Positions 13,425 through 24,735 of a stretch of DNA of 57,375 bases are shown piece after piece. The position numbers and the translations under genes are program-made. The first letter of the stretch is position 1, and the number at the start of each line of letters is the position of its first letter. The notes below the pieces were generated by a model, which saw only the letters and a program-made list of their open reading frames with translations, had not been told where the DNA came from and made no database searches. Origin of the DNA: Chiloscyllium plagiosum (lineage: Eukaryota); assembly GCF_004010195.1 (NCBI RefSeq), contig NC_057718.1, positions 2,050,122-2,107,496 of the forward strand, given 5' to 3'.

Positions 13425-14895
13425 AAAGACCCAAGAACATTACAGCACAGGAACAGGCCCTACGGCCCTCCAAGCCTGTGCTGATCCAGATCCTCTATCT
13501 AAACCTGTCACCTATTTTCTAAAGATCTGTGTCTCTCTGCTCCCTGCCTATTCATGTATCTGTCTAGATGCAGCTTAAATGATACTATCGTGCCCACCTC
13601 TACCACCTCCACTGGCAATGCATTCCATGCACCCACCACCCTCTGTGTAAAGAATTTTCCACGTTTATCTCCCTTGAACCCTTCCGCTCTCACTTTGAAC
13701 TTGTGACCCCTAGTAATAGAGTCCCCCACTGTGGGAAAAAGCTTCTTAGTATTCACCCTGTCTCATGATTTTGTAGACATCAATCAGGTTCCCCCCTCAA
13801 CCCTTATCTTTCCAATGAAAATAATCCTAATCTACTCAACCTCTCCTCACAGCTAGCACCCTCCATACCAGGCAACGTCCTGGTGAACCTCCTCTGCACC
13901 CTCTCCAAACCTACCAGAACTGTACGCAGTATTCTAAATGTGGCCGAACCAAACTGTAACATGACCTGTCAACTCTTGTACTCAATGCCCCGTCCATGAA
14001 GGAAAGCATGCTGTATGCCTTCTTGACTACTTTACTGACCTGCGTTGCCACCTTCAGGGAACAATGGACCTGAACACCCAGATCTCTCTGTACATCAATA
14101 TTCCTCAGGGCTTTTCCATTTACTCTTTGCTCTGGAATTGGATCTTCCAAAATGTATCACCTCGCATTTGCCCAGATTTACCTCCATCTGCCACTTCTCT
14201 GCCCAACTCTCCAATCTGTTTATATTCTGCAGTATTCTCTGACAGCCCCCTTCACTATCTCCTACTCCACCAACCTTAGTGTCATCTGCAAACTTGCTAA
14301 TCAGGCAACTGATACCTTCCTCCAGATCATTTATGTATATCACAAACAGTAATGGTCCCAGCACAGATCCCTGTGGAACACCACCGGTCACAGGTCTCCA
14401 TTTTGAGAAACTCCCTTCCACTACCACTCTGTGTCTCCTGTTGCCCAGCCCGTTCTCTATCCACCTAGCGAGAACACCCTGGACTCCATGCGACTTCACT
14501 TTCTCCATCAGCCTACCATGGGGAACCTTATCAAACACCTTACTAAAGTCCATGTATATGCCATCTACAGCCCTTCCCTTGTCAATCAACTTTGTCACCT
14601 CCTCAAAGAATTCTATTAGGTTTGTAAGACATGACCTTCCCTGCACAAGACCATGCTGCCCATTACTGATAATCCCATTTCCTTCCAAATGGGAACAGAT
14701 CCTATCCCTCAGTAACTTTTCCAGCAGCTTTCCTACCACTGATGTCAGGCTCACTGGTCTGTAATTACCTGGATTATCCCAGCTATCCTTCTTAAACAAG
14801 GGGACAATATTAGCAATTTTCCAGTCCTCCAGGACCTCACCTGTGTTCAAGGATGCTGCAGTTATTTCTTCTCCCGCTTCCCTCAGTAACCTGTC
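13425..14895 (-). mobile_element. CR1 LINE ORF2 (reverse transcriptase) 3' portion
   Basis: ORF 14095..15006: DWKIANIVPLFKK, NYRPVSLTSVVGKLLE, GVPQGSVLGPLLFVIYINDL, KFADDTK. Confidence 0.95.
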
Positions 14896-15097
14896 TGAGA
14901 TCTTTATTCTAGGAGAAAATGAGGACTGCAGATGCTGGAGATCAGAGCTGAAAATGTGTTGCTGGAAAAGCGCAGCAGGACATTTCAGGAAAGAAGAAGG
15001 GCTCATGCCCGAAACGTCGATTCTCCTGCTCCTTGGATGCTGCCTGACCTGCTGCGCTTTTCCAGCAACACATTTTCAGCTCTGAGATCTTTATTCT
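14896..15097. mobile_element. Palindromic Penelope-derived short element (family 1) with target-site duplication
   Basis: 'ctgagatctttattct' flanks both ends; internal inverted arms. Confidence 0.8.
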
Positions 15098-15349
15098 GTC
15101 AAGCCACATGCTATGACCCAGTGATAACCTTAATGGGATACTGACACCCTGAATGTGAGATAAGATCTGGCCTGATATTCATCTCTCAGCCAACAGCACC
15201 AAAACGGATTATTGTGTCACCAACTTATATGCATAAATTGACTGCCAAGTTTTTAATTTATTTGCTATACAGTTAATATGAATGTCTTGAAGGTAAGAAA
15301 GATGCCATATAAATTAAATGTTTATCTTCTTTTTGTATCGAATTTTATA

Positions 15350-15615
15350 TGGAATCCCTATAGTGTAAAAGCAGGCCATTTGGTTCATCACGTCCACACC
15401 ATCCATCTGAGGGGCATCCCCTCCCCTATTCCTGCAACCCTACATTTCCCTTGGCTGATCCACCTAACCTGCACATCTCTGGACTGTAGGAGGAAACCCT
15501 TGCAGACGCGGGGAGAATGTGTAAACTTCATACAGATAGTGAACCCGAGGATGGAATCAAACCTGTTCCCTGGTGCTGTGAGGCAGCAGTGCTAACTACT
15601 GAGCCACCATGCTGC
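15350..15615 (-). mobile_element. HE1-like SINE, reverse orientation
   Basis: The reverse complement has the tRNA-like head ('cagcatggtggctcagtagttagcactgctgcctcacagcaccaggg') matching the element at 10290. Confidence 0.8.
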
Positions 15616-16260
15616 TGTAATTGGTGTATTATAGAAACATAGAGGGCTCGAGGTCAGAAAAAAGGCCCTTTGGCCCATCACATCCACACTGGTCAAAAAC
15701 AACTGCTATTCTAATTCCAATTCCCAGCACTTGGCCCATAGACTTGTGTGTGTTTGCTGTAACTCTCAGTTCTGTCTTTCTCATACAGCCTACATTAGCA
15801 GACACATTCACACACTGTTCCCCACCCGAAATCTCAGCAGAAAATTCCTAACTCTATCCACTCACCGACTGACAAGATTCTATAAGACCATGCGATGTAG
15901 GAGCAGAAATTAGGCAATTCAGCCCATTGAGCCCACCATTCAATCATGGCTGGTAAGTTTCTCAACCCCATTCTCTTGCTTTCTACCCATTACCTTTGAA
16001 CCCCTCGTTACCCAGTAGCACTTTGCGAAGCCGGAGTGAGAAGGAGAGGGATGGTGTGTCGGCAAGTGTGTGAGAATGCTGGGTAGTTGGAGGCAGGTGG
16101 GTGAAGGGGAGCTGGGAGGGTGCAGGTGGGTAAGGGGGTAGGGGGATAGCTCGGTGAGAGGGAGTGGGGCAGCATGATGGAGATGGTGAGGGAGAAGGGA
16201 GGGCAGGGTGAGGTGGAGTGGGAGTGTTACATGAGGTGGGTAAAGCTGATGGGGGATCAG

Positions 16261-17216
16261 NNNNNNNNNNNNNNNNNNNNNNNNNNNNNNNNNNNNNNNN
16301 NNNNNNNNNNNNNNNNNNNNNNNNNNNNNNNNNNNNNNNNNNNNNNNNNNNNNNNNNNNNNNNNNNNNNNNNNNNNNNNNNNNNNNNNNNNNNNNNNNNN
16401 NNNNNNNNNNNNNNNNNNNNNNNNNNNNNNNNNNNNNNNNNNNNNNNNNNNNNNNNNNNNNNNNNNNNNNNNNNNNNNNNNNNNNNNNNNNNNNNNNNNN
16501 NNNNNNNNNNNNNNNNNNNNNNNNNNNNNNNNNNNNNNNNNNNNNNNNNNNNNNNNNNNNNNNNNNNNNNNNNNNNNNNNNNNNNNNNNNNNNNNNNNNN
16601 NNNNNNNNNNNNNNNNNNNNNNNNNNNNNNNNNNNNNNNNNNNNNNNNNNNNNNNNNNNNNNNNNNNNNNNNNNNNNNNNNNNNNNNNNNNNNNNNNNNN
16701 NNNNNNNNNNNNNNNNNNNNNNNNNNNNNNNNNNNNNNNNNNNNNNNNNNNNNNNNNNNNNNNNNNNNNNNNNNNNNNNNNNNNNNNNNNNNNNNNNNNN
16801 NNNNNNNNNNNNNNNNNNNNNNNNNNNNNNNNNNNNNNNNNNNNNNNNNNNNNNNNNNNNNNNNNNNNNNNNNNNNNNNNNNNNNNNNNNNNNNNNNNNN
16901 NNNNNNNNNNNNNNNNNNNNNNNNNNNNNNNNNNNNNNNNNNNNNNNNNNNNNNNNNNNNNNNNNNNNNNNNNNNNNNNNNNNNNNNNNNNNNNNNNNNN
17001 NNNNNNNNNNNNNNNNNNNNNNNNNNNNNNNNNNNNNNNNNNNNNNNNNNNNNNNNNNNNNNNNNNNNNNNNNNNNNNNNNNNNNNNNNNNNNNNNNNNN
17101 NNNNNNNNNNNNNNNNNNNNNNNNNNNNNNNNNNNNNNNNNNNNNNNNNNNNNNNNNNNNNNNNNNNNNNNNNNNNNNNNNNNNNNNNNNNNNNNNNNNN
17201 NNNNNNNNNNNNNNNN
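16261..17216. other. Assembly gap (N run) flanked by G-rich low-complexity sequence
   Basis: N characters. Confidence 1.
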
Positions 17217-18455
17217 GTCAGGGTGAGGGGCTGGGTGTGTCAGGGTGAGGGGGTGGGTGTCAGTGGGTGTGGAGTCTCAGTCTGACCCAATGTGGTCTCT
17301 GCCTGTCACAGCTACCTCCTGGCCTACTGAGAATCTCCTACGTTTTCAATAACTGCAATATTTTGCAGTCACCTGTTTATGTCAGAATTTGAATTCTTAG
17401 TCACATTGTCACAAAGCCTGCTATTTATTAACGATTAAATGTTACACTCACAACCAACACTGAAGTTAATAAGTACCTTTCCGCACCGAAAATACTCACA
17501 TTCCCAACTTGAGTCCAGGCTTCCAGTTGCCTCCTCTTATATTCCAACTCCACTTTCTAATTTTGTTATTCTGATGAATCCCAACTGCAAATAACTGACA
17601 TGATATAAACAAATATTCCACCAGTTCCCACCAATAATCATTCAGCATTTTCTGCACAAAAACATTTATCTCTGGTAATGTTTCGTGTTCGGTGACTCTT
17701 TTAACTTGTCCCATGTATTCCGAGCCGATTTGTAGCCTTGTATGTTGTGGTTCTTTAGCTGATTGGCTTATTAAGCACTCCTTCAATATTGTGATGGGCC
17801 CCATCCCCACATCCTTTCAGGTACACCCCCGGCCTCAGTGTGATACAATTCATCCTTAAATCGCCTCGAAACCTGCTGTCAGCCCCAGGCTCTGTCCAAA
17901 TTCCTAACCAGGGTCCCCATGGCATCATTTGGTTCTGAGCAGTTTGGTGAAAGAAGATAACAAGAAATAGACCTTTTGCTCCCTCAAGCCCGCTCCACCA
18001 TCCAGTAGGATCGCAGCTGATCCAACATTCCTCGTATCCACTTTCCTGCCCTTTCCCCATAACACCTGATTTCCCGATCGATCAAGAACTATCAATCTCA
18101 GCCTTCAATAGGATAGATTTCAGACAGAGCCTGTAGACTGAAGGATGGCACTAGGAATGAGTTAACATCTCACCAGCTGTCCTTTCATTCCCAATGAATT
18201 CAGAAATCGCGAGATAAACTCATGTTGATCCGCCCTGGATAGGAGCTTCATCTCCAAGCGGTGTTTACGCTGTCAGATTGCATTGAACGTACGGCACAGA
18301 AAAGGCCGTTCTGCCCATCTCGTCAATGCTGTGTGACATGAACGTCCTCCCACTTTGACCAGTGTGGTGACAGAGCCAGCAGAAACCAGTTATAGAAGGA
18401 TCATGTTAAAGAGTGAGGCAATTTAACTGGTTGTCAACTATTTTCCTATTGGCAG

Positions 18456-18803
18456 AATTTAAGACAATTCCACTCCTCCTTCAGCATCCAGAAGTGATGC
18501 AGGTCAAAGAGGGAATGACAGCACAGATGCAGTGCACCATGGACGGCCACAGTGTGGGTGACACTACTGTATACTGGGAACGGCAGATACGGGGAAACCA
18601 GAGGCGCTGGCTGCTGACTCACTCCGTCTATAACTACATCACCAGGTCTCACCGAGTGGCTGACCATATCCAACCATCCAGAGACCTCACCAGTAACAGC
18701 TTCGTCCTGACCATCAGCACTGTGCAGCCCAGTGACACTGGCACATACATCTGCAGTGTGTGGGGATCGGTATATGGAACAGGAACTCAACTAAATGTGA
18801 CCA
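18456..18803 (+). CDS. Exon: germline-joined VJ-type Ig V domain 1 of an IgSF membrane protein
   Basis: Acceptor ttttcctattggcag| and donor ACCA|gtaag, both phase 1. Translation has V-set hallmarks: QxP..V.EG.TAQMQC, VYWERQ, FVLTISTVQPSDTGTYIC, and the J motif YGTGTQLNVT. Confidence 0.93.
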
Positions 18804-19138
18804 GTAAGAACATTTCAGATAATATTCACACCCACTGCACTGGCAATCTGTTAGATAACACTGGGATAATTATATTGGCAGCCAACATGTTCAGTTTTAA
18901 TGTATGTGTTGCTTTGGGATCCCCTCTTGCGAACACCTAGTGATGATTCTGACTGGGAATGGCAGTTTGACCCCAGCCCTCCTATTCCTTGCATATTCCC
19001 AAAACATTGGTGATACTTGAATGTATACCTGCAATGCCAGAAAATCTTTACACACCTCAACAGGCGAAAGTGAGGACTGCAGATGCTGGAGAGTCAGACT
19101 CGAGAGTGTGGTGCTAGAAAAGCACAGCAGATCAGGCA

Positions 19139-19854
19139 GCATCTGAGGAGCAGGAGAATCGATGTTTCAGGCATAAACTCTTCACCAGCCTTTTGTAAGC
19201 CTTCCTGATGAAGGGCTTATGCCCGAAACATCGATTCTCCTGCTCCTTGGATGTTGCCTGGCCTGCTGAGGGTTTCCAGCACCATACTCTTGATACCTCA
19301 ACAGGCCCCATCCCACACTCAAATTCACCTTCCAAACAGAGGACTTGACCAAGTCTCATTCCAGGAAATGTGTAGTCAATGTACTGCTGGGTTCCCTCCT
19401 GTTAACACCCATGATCTCCCTTGCTCCTCCCCACACACCCAAGTCCTTTTCATTGGGCACTGCACACACTGAGAGCCAACTGTATGATAAGATGAGGCAT
19501 CTGAGGAGCAGGAGAATCGACGTTTCAGGCATAAACTCTTCACCAGCCTTTTGTAAGCCTTCCTGATGAAGGGCTTATGCCTGAAACATCGATTCTCCTG
19601 CTCCTTGGATGTTGCCTGGCCTGCTGAGCATTTCCAGCACCATACTCTTGATACCTCAACAGGCCCCATCCCACACTCAAATTCACCTTCCAAACAGAGG
19701 ACTTGACCAAGTCTCATTCCGCCAATGTGTTAGTCAATGTACTGCTGGGTTCCCTCCTGTTAACACCCATGATCTCCCTTGCTCCTCCCCACACACCCAA
19801 GTCCTTTTCATTGGGCACTGCACACACTGAGAGCCAACTGTATGATAAGATGAG
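19139..19854. repeat. 358-bp direct tandem duplication (2 copies) starting inside a family-1 short element
   Basis: 19139-19496 and 19497-19854 are nearly identical with a few substitutions. Confidence 0.9.
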
Positions 19855-20809
19855 CATTATCAGTTCAGAAAAAACAACCCGAACCAATTGCTGAGGGCTC
19901 AATCCTGAAGGTCAGCGATATCTCAAATGAAGACAGCTCAAAGACACTAGATTCATTTGGAAGCTGGAGATTAATCCCTGGGCAGTAACTAATAGAGAGG
20001 GGATCCCAGTCTGATTCCTGGCAATGTGATTCAGGACAAGATCATAGGTACAAACACATCAGCCAGTGGACGATAATCTTCTCTTTGGTCTAGCCAATAA
20101 AAACTATTGATTGTCTCTAGAATACTGAATTTTTTAAGAAAGTGGTAAACAATAATATAGTTGCAAGCAACAGTAGTGGAAGGAAGGGAGTTCTCACTGG
20201 GTTACTCTGACAGGAGAGAGGGTTGAGGGCTTTTAGCAGATGGCACTCTGTTATAACTATCCCCTGCACAGAATCCTGATCACACACTAAGTCCCAGATC
20301 AAAGATAACACCTTAATTGTTCCAGGTCTCTGTTTAAGACATAAAAGTTGAACCAATGGGCACTTTTCACAGCCTTTAGAATGGCCCAGTGAAATGTAAG
20401 CTTTGTTCCATCAGAAACACAAACTCAATTTGTGTACAGTGAGATCCCAGAGTAGCAAAAGAATCTGGTTTAATAATGCTAATAATGATAAACATTGAGT
20501 AAGAGAACTGGCCTCCTGCTCTGCTTCAAATAAAATTAAAGGATATTTGACTCAAAGTATAAGAGCAAACCTGACCCTGGTTTAACATCATATCTGAGAG
20601 ATGTTGTCTCCAGTAGTGCAGCAATCCCTCAGTACCCTCAAAGTCTCAGCATAGATTGTGTTTCAAGATGAACTTGAAGCAATAATTGTCTGTTTGAGAG
20701 GAAGGAGTAAGTGTGCTATCCTCTCCCAAAGCAGGCAGCATCGTATTGAGTGGCTGAGCAGATTCAATGTGCCAAATAGCCAGCTGTTTTACCTTTTTTG
20801 GATGTCTTC

Positions 20810-21095
20810 AGAACCACCACCTTCAGCATTCCCCTCCCTCCACCACTGACACTCAGTAGCAGCACTATGTACTATCCACAAGATGCAGCCCAAAAATTCA
20901 CCAAAGATTCTCAGACAGCACCTTCCAAATCCACGACCACTTCCATCTGGAAGGACAAGGGCACCAGATACATGGGAATACCACCCCCTGCAAGTTCCCC
21001 TCCAAGCTGCACACCATCCTGACTTGGAAATATATTGCAGCTCCTTCAGTGTCACTGGGTCAGAATCCTCGCATTCCCTCCCCAAGGGGCATTGA
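20810..21095 (+). mobile_element. LINE 3'-tail-like interspersed repeat (also at about 53160-53580 and, reversed, 9560-9750)
   Basis: Shared 'cattccctccctccaccactgacactcagtagcagc...ccaaagattctcagacagcaccttccaaatcc'. Confidence 0.65.
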
Positions 21096-21281
21096 ATAGA
21101 ATTGAATTTATTGTCACGTGTACCGAGGCACAGTGAAAGCTTTGTCTTGTGAGCAATACAGGCAGATTACAGAGTTAAGTCACATAGAAAGGTAAATAAT
21201 AGGTAAACAGCGGCAAAAACCAAAACACAGGTACAGGTGAATGTTAAGAGTCTGTGAGTCCATTCAGTATTCTAACAACAG

Positions 21282-22264
21282 NNNNNNNNNNNNNNNNNNN
21301 NNNNNNNNNNNNNNNNNNNNNNNNNNNNNNNNNNNNNNNNNNNNNNNNNNNNNNNNNNNNNNNNNNNNNNNNNNNNNNNNNNNNNNNNNNNNNNNNNNNN
21401 NNNNNNNNNNNNNNNNNNNNNNNNNNNNNNNNNNNNNNNNNNNNNNNNNNNNNNNNNNNNNNNNNNNNNNNNNNNNNNNNNNNNNNNNNNNNNNNNNNNN
21501 NNNNNNNNNNNNNNNNNNNNNNNNNNNNNNNNNNNNNNNNNNNNNNNNNNNNNNNNNNNNNNNNNNNNNNNNNNNNNNNNNNNNNNNNNNNNNNNNNNNN
21601 NNNNNNNNNNNNNNNNNNNNNNNNNNNNNNNNNNNNNNNNNNNNNNNNNNNNNNNNNNNNNNNNNNNNNNNNNNNNNNNNNNNNNNNNNNNNNNNNNNNN
21701 NNNNNNNNNNNNNNNNNNNNNNNNNNNNNNNNNNNNNNNNNNNNNNNNNNNNNNNNNNNNNNNNNNNNNNNNNNNNNNNNNNNNNNNNNNNNNNNNNNNN
21801 NNNNNNNNNNNNNNNNNNNNNNNNNNNNNNNNNNNNNNNNNNNNNNNNNNNNNNNNNNNNNNNNNNNNNNNNNNNNNNNNNNNNNNNNNNNNNNNNNNNN
21901 NNNNNNNNNNNNNNNNNNNNNNNNNNNNNNNNNNNNNNNNNNNNNNNNNNNNNNNNNNNNNNNNNNNNNNNNNNNNNNNNNNNNNNNNNNNNNNNNNNNN
22001 NNNNNNNNNNNNNNNNNNNNNNNNNNNNNNNNNNNNNNNNNNNNNNNNNNNNNNNNNNNNNNNNNNNNNNNNNNNNNNNNNNNNNNNNNNNNNNNNNNNN
22101 NNNNNNNNNNNNNNNNNNNNNNNNNNNNNNNNNNNNNNNNNNNNNNNNNNNNNNNNNNNNNNNNNNNNNNNNNNNNNNNNNNNNNNNNNNNNNNNNNNNN
22201 NNNNNNNNNNNNNNNNNNNNNNNNNNNNNNNNNNNNNNNNNNNNNNNNNNNNNNNNNNNNNNNN
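21282..22264. other. Assembly gap between the V1 and V2 exons
   Basis: N characters. Confidence 1.
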
Positions 22265-22420
22265 AACTGACAACCGGAAGCAGCAGGGACAGGCCACTAC
22301 AAATGCCGGAGAAAACACCACAGAAGTGCTTCACAGGAGGCTCCCAAGCACTGAGGATGTCACCTAGACAGGGGACGAAACGTTTGCAACAAAAACTTCC
22401 AGCTCAGCAAACAGAACCAC
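22265..22420 (+). mobile_element. Penelope-like element 3' end (family 3) with hammerhead core at 22348-22387
   Basis: Reverse complement of 41410-41570, which is contiguous with GIY-YIG-like coding sequence. Confidence 0.8.
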
Positions 22421-22587
22421 GGCAGTGTAAAATCATGATGGGTCTGAAAAAGATAGAGAGGGAAACCTCTGCCTGCACAGGATTTGCTTGTGATTTTGAG
22501 CAAGAGGCACAGAGGGAGATATGAGTGAGAGCAATTTTACACAGTGTTTGATAATGACCTGAAACCTATCAAACATTTGGCTGGAGG

Positions 22588-22790
22588 AAGTCAGAAGTCA
22601 TACAACACCAGGTTATAGTCCAATAGGTTTATTTGAAATCACAAGCTTTCAGGTTAAGTGGCTTCACCTGATGAAGGGGCAGCGCTCCAAAAGCTTGTGA
22701 TCTCAGATAAACCTGTCGGACTATAATCTGGGGTCATGTGACTTCTGAACTTGTCTAGCCCAGTCCAATACTGGCACCCCCACATCTTGG
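22588..22790. mobile_element. Palindromic short element (family 2) with apparent TSD ttggctggagg
   Basis: Inverted arms 'caacaccaggttatagtccaataggtttatt' and 'ataaacctgtcggactataatctgg'; same family as 41040-41170 and 43320-43530. Confidence 0.75.
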
Positions 22791-23347
22791 CTGGAGGCAA
22801 ATAGACAAGGGGCAAATAGGGACAGGCAATAAAAATTTGCCGTGTCTCACAAGTGAATAAAAGAAAAAGACATGTTAAGTGATTGGGTACAAACCAGCCA
22901 AATAGGATATAATGTGGAGAACTTTGGCAGGAATAGGGGAAATGAAGATTATATGAATGGAGAAAAACTGCAGAAAGCTACAGAACAGTGGGATTTGAGA
23001 GTCCTCATCCACGAATCATAAAAAAGCTGGCATCCAGTTCTGTAGGTTGCGGGGAGGAAAAATGGCAGCTGTCCTTTATTTCAAAATGAATGGAATATAA
23101 AAGTAGGGAGGTTTTGCTAAAACTCTGCAAGGTACTCACTGGACTATAGCTGGAATATTGTGAAGTTTCTGGCCCCTTATCTAGGGAATGATATATTGAC
23201 ATCAGCGTAGTCTGGAGCAGGATCACTGGGCTGAACCTGGTATGGAGGGACTGCTTTATGAGAAGAGGTTACATTCATTGGGCCTGTACTCATTAGAATA
23301 TAGAAGAATGAGAGACAACTTTACTGAAACATAAAAGATTCTGAGGG

Positions 23348-23925
23348 TGTAAGTCTGGAACCCTGGGAGAGGCCCCTTGGTTCCCTGATTGGTCAAATAA
23401 ACACTAGCAGCTCGGTCTGATTCAACAATTTATTATGACGCCAGGCATAGGTTATCCAGCAACACCCGGGTTAAGCACCTCTGAGTACTCTGAAAAAGCT
23501 GCTATGTCTTAACTTAAACACAAGCAACTTTTATAAGTCTCTTAACAACCAGAACAGCCTTAACTGCAAAATTAATCCAATAAAATGAAATAAAATGATA
23601 AATAGACATAAAGTTAAACCAATGATATTTCCTGGGAACTGACTTGTTTTGCACGTCTTTATCTCCAGGACACCTGGTTTCCACGGTTAATTTAGGATAC
23701 TTTAATAATGTCATATCTTACTTAGTTAATTCATACTATGAACAGGGCATTGTTTTGCTAATCTCTTTCAATTAGTTCAGGAATGCAGTTTTCAGCAGAG
23801 TTAGATACCATTGCTCCTTGAAGCCATCTTGTTACTTGCATTAAGAAGCCATTTTGTGGTTAATAAAAGCATGCATTAAATGGTTGCTCCTGACAACAGC
23901 CTAAATCCAGATTTTTAGGTCCTCA
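23348..23925. mobile_element. Probable solo LTR (578 bp)
   Basis: Begins TG and ends CA, flanked by the 4-bp direct repeat AGGG (23344-47 and 23926-29), and cleanly interrupts the CR1. Confidence 0.7.
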
Positions 23926-24012
23926 AGGGGACTTGACAAGGTCAATGCAGAGAGATTGTTCCCCTTGTGGGAGAGTCTGAGGCTGGAGAGCAGAAACTCA
24001 GAATAAGGGTCA

Positions 24013-24245
24013 GAGCTGAAAATGTGTTGCTGGAAAAGCGCAGCAGGTCAGGCAGCATCCAAGGAGCAGGAGAATCGACGTTTCGGGCATGAACCCTTCT
24101 TCAGGAATGAGGAAAGTGTGTCTGAAGAAGGGCTCATGCCCGAAACGTCGATTCTCCTGCCCCTTGGATGCTGCCTGACCTGCTGCGCTTTTCCAGCAAC
24201 ACATTTTCAGCTCTGATCTCCAGCATCTGCAGTCCTCACTTTCTC
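24013..24245. mobile_element. Young palindromic Penelope-derived element (family 1) with a 16-bp TSD and a hammerhead core on each strand
   Basis: TSD ctcagaataagggtca at 23997-24012 and 24246-24261; about 90-bp near-perfect inverted arms. Confidence 0.88.
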
Positions 24246-24735
24246 CTCAGAATAAGGGTCACCCATTTAAGACAGAGATGAGGAGGAAATTCTTCTCTCA
24301 GACAGTTGGTGTATCTGTGGAATCCTTCACAAAGAAGGCTGTCAAGGCTGGGTAATAAGATCTATACAAGGCTGAGAGAGACAGAGCTTTAAAGGAAGGG
24401 AATTGAGAGTTATAGGGAAAAGGCAGACAAGTGGAGTTGAGGATCAGCCACAATCTGACTGATTGGCAGAGTAGATTGAATGGGCTGAGTGGCCTTGTTC
24501 AGCTCCTATCTTTTATAGACTTATGATTTGAAAGAATGCTGGATAGGCATGAGGGCCGTCAACTTTCAGGACTACATGAACAGACAGGAGGAATGGAACT
24601 GATGCAGAGGTTGCAGAGACTTGATGGACTTCACTTTAATAAATCTATGTGTAAAACATTGTCAGATTTAGTTTGACAGAAAACAGTGAAGACACTAGAC
24701 CTGGTTTTAATTTGTTCACATGTTTTCTCTTAAAG

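Larger units (their letters stand above)
22860..24530 (+). mobile_element. Decayed CR1 3' fragment hosting two nested insertions
   Basis: The CR1 C-terminal sequence resumes across the inserts at 23348-23925 and 24013-24245. Confidence 0.75.

Noticed and set aside
18548-18554. RSS heptamer CACAGTG inside V1
   Set aside because: It lies in the CDR1 region rather than at the V end, and there is no ACAAAAACC-like nonamer at 12 or 23 bp. Other CACAGTG hits (for example about 6581 and 21129) also lack nonamers.
16174-22524. ORFs made of X residues
   Set aside because: They span assembly N-gaps.
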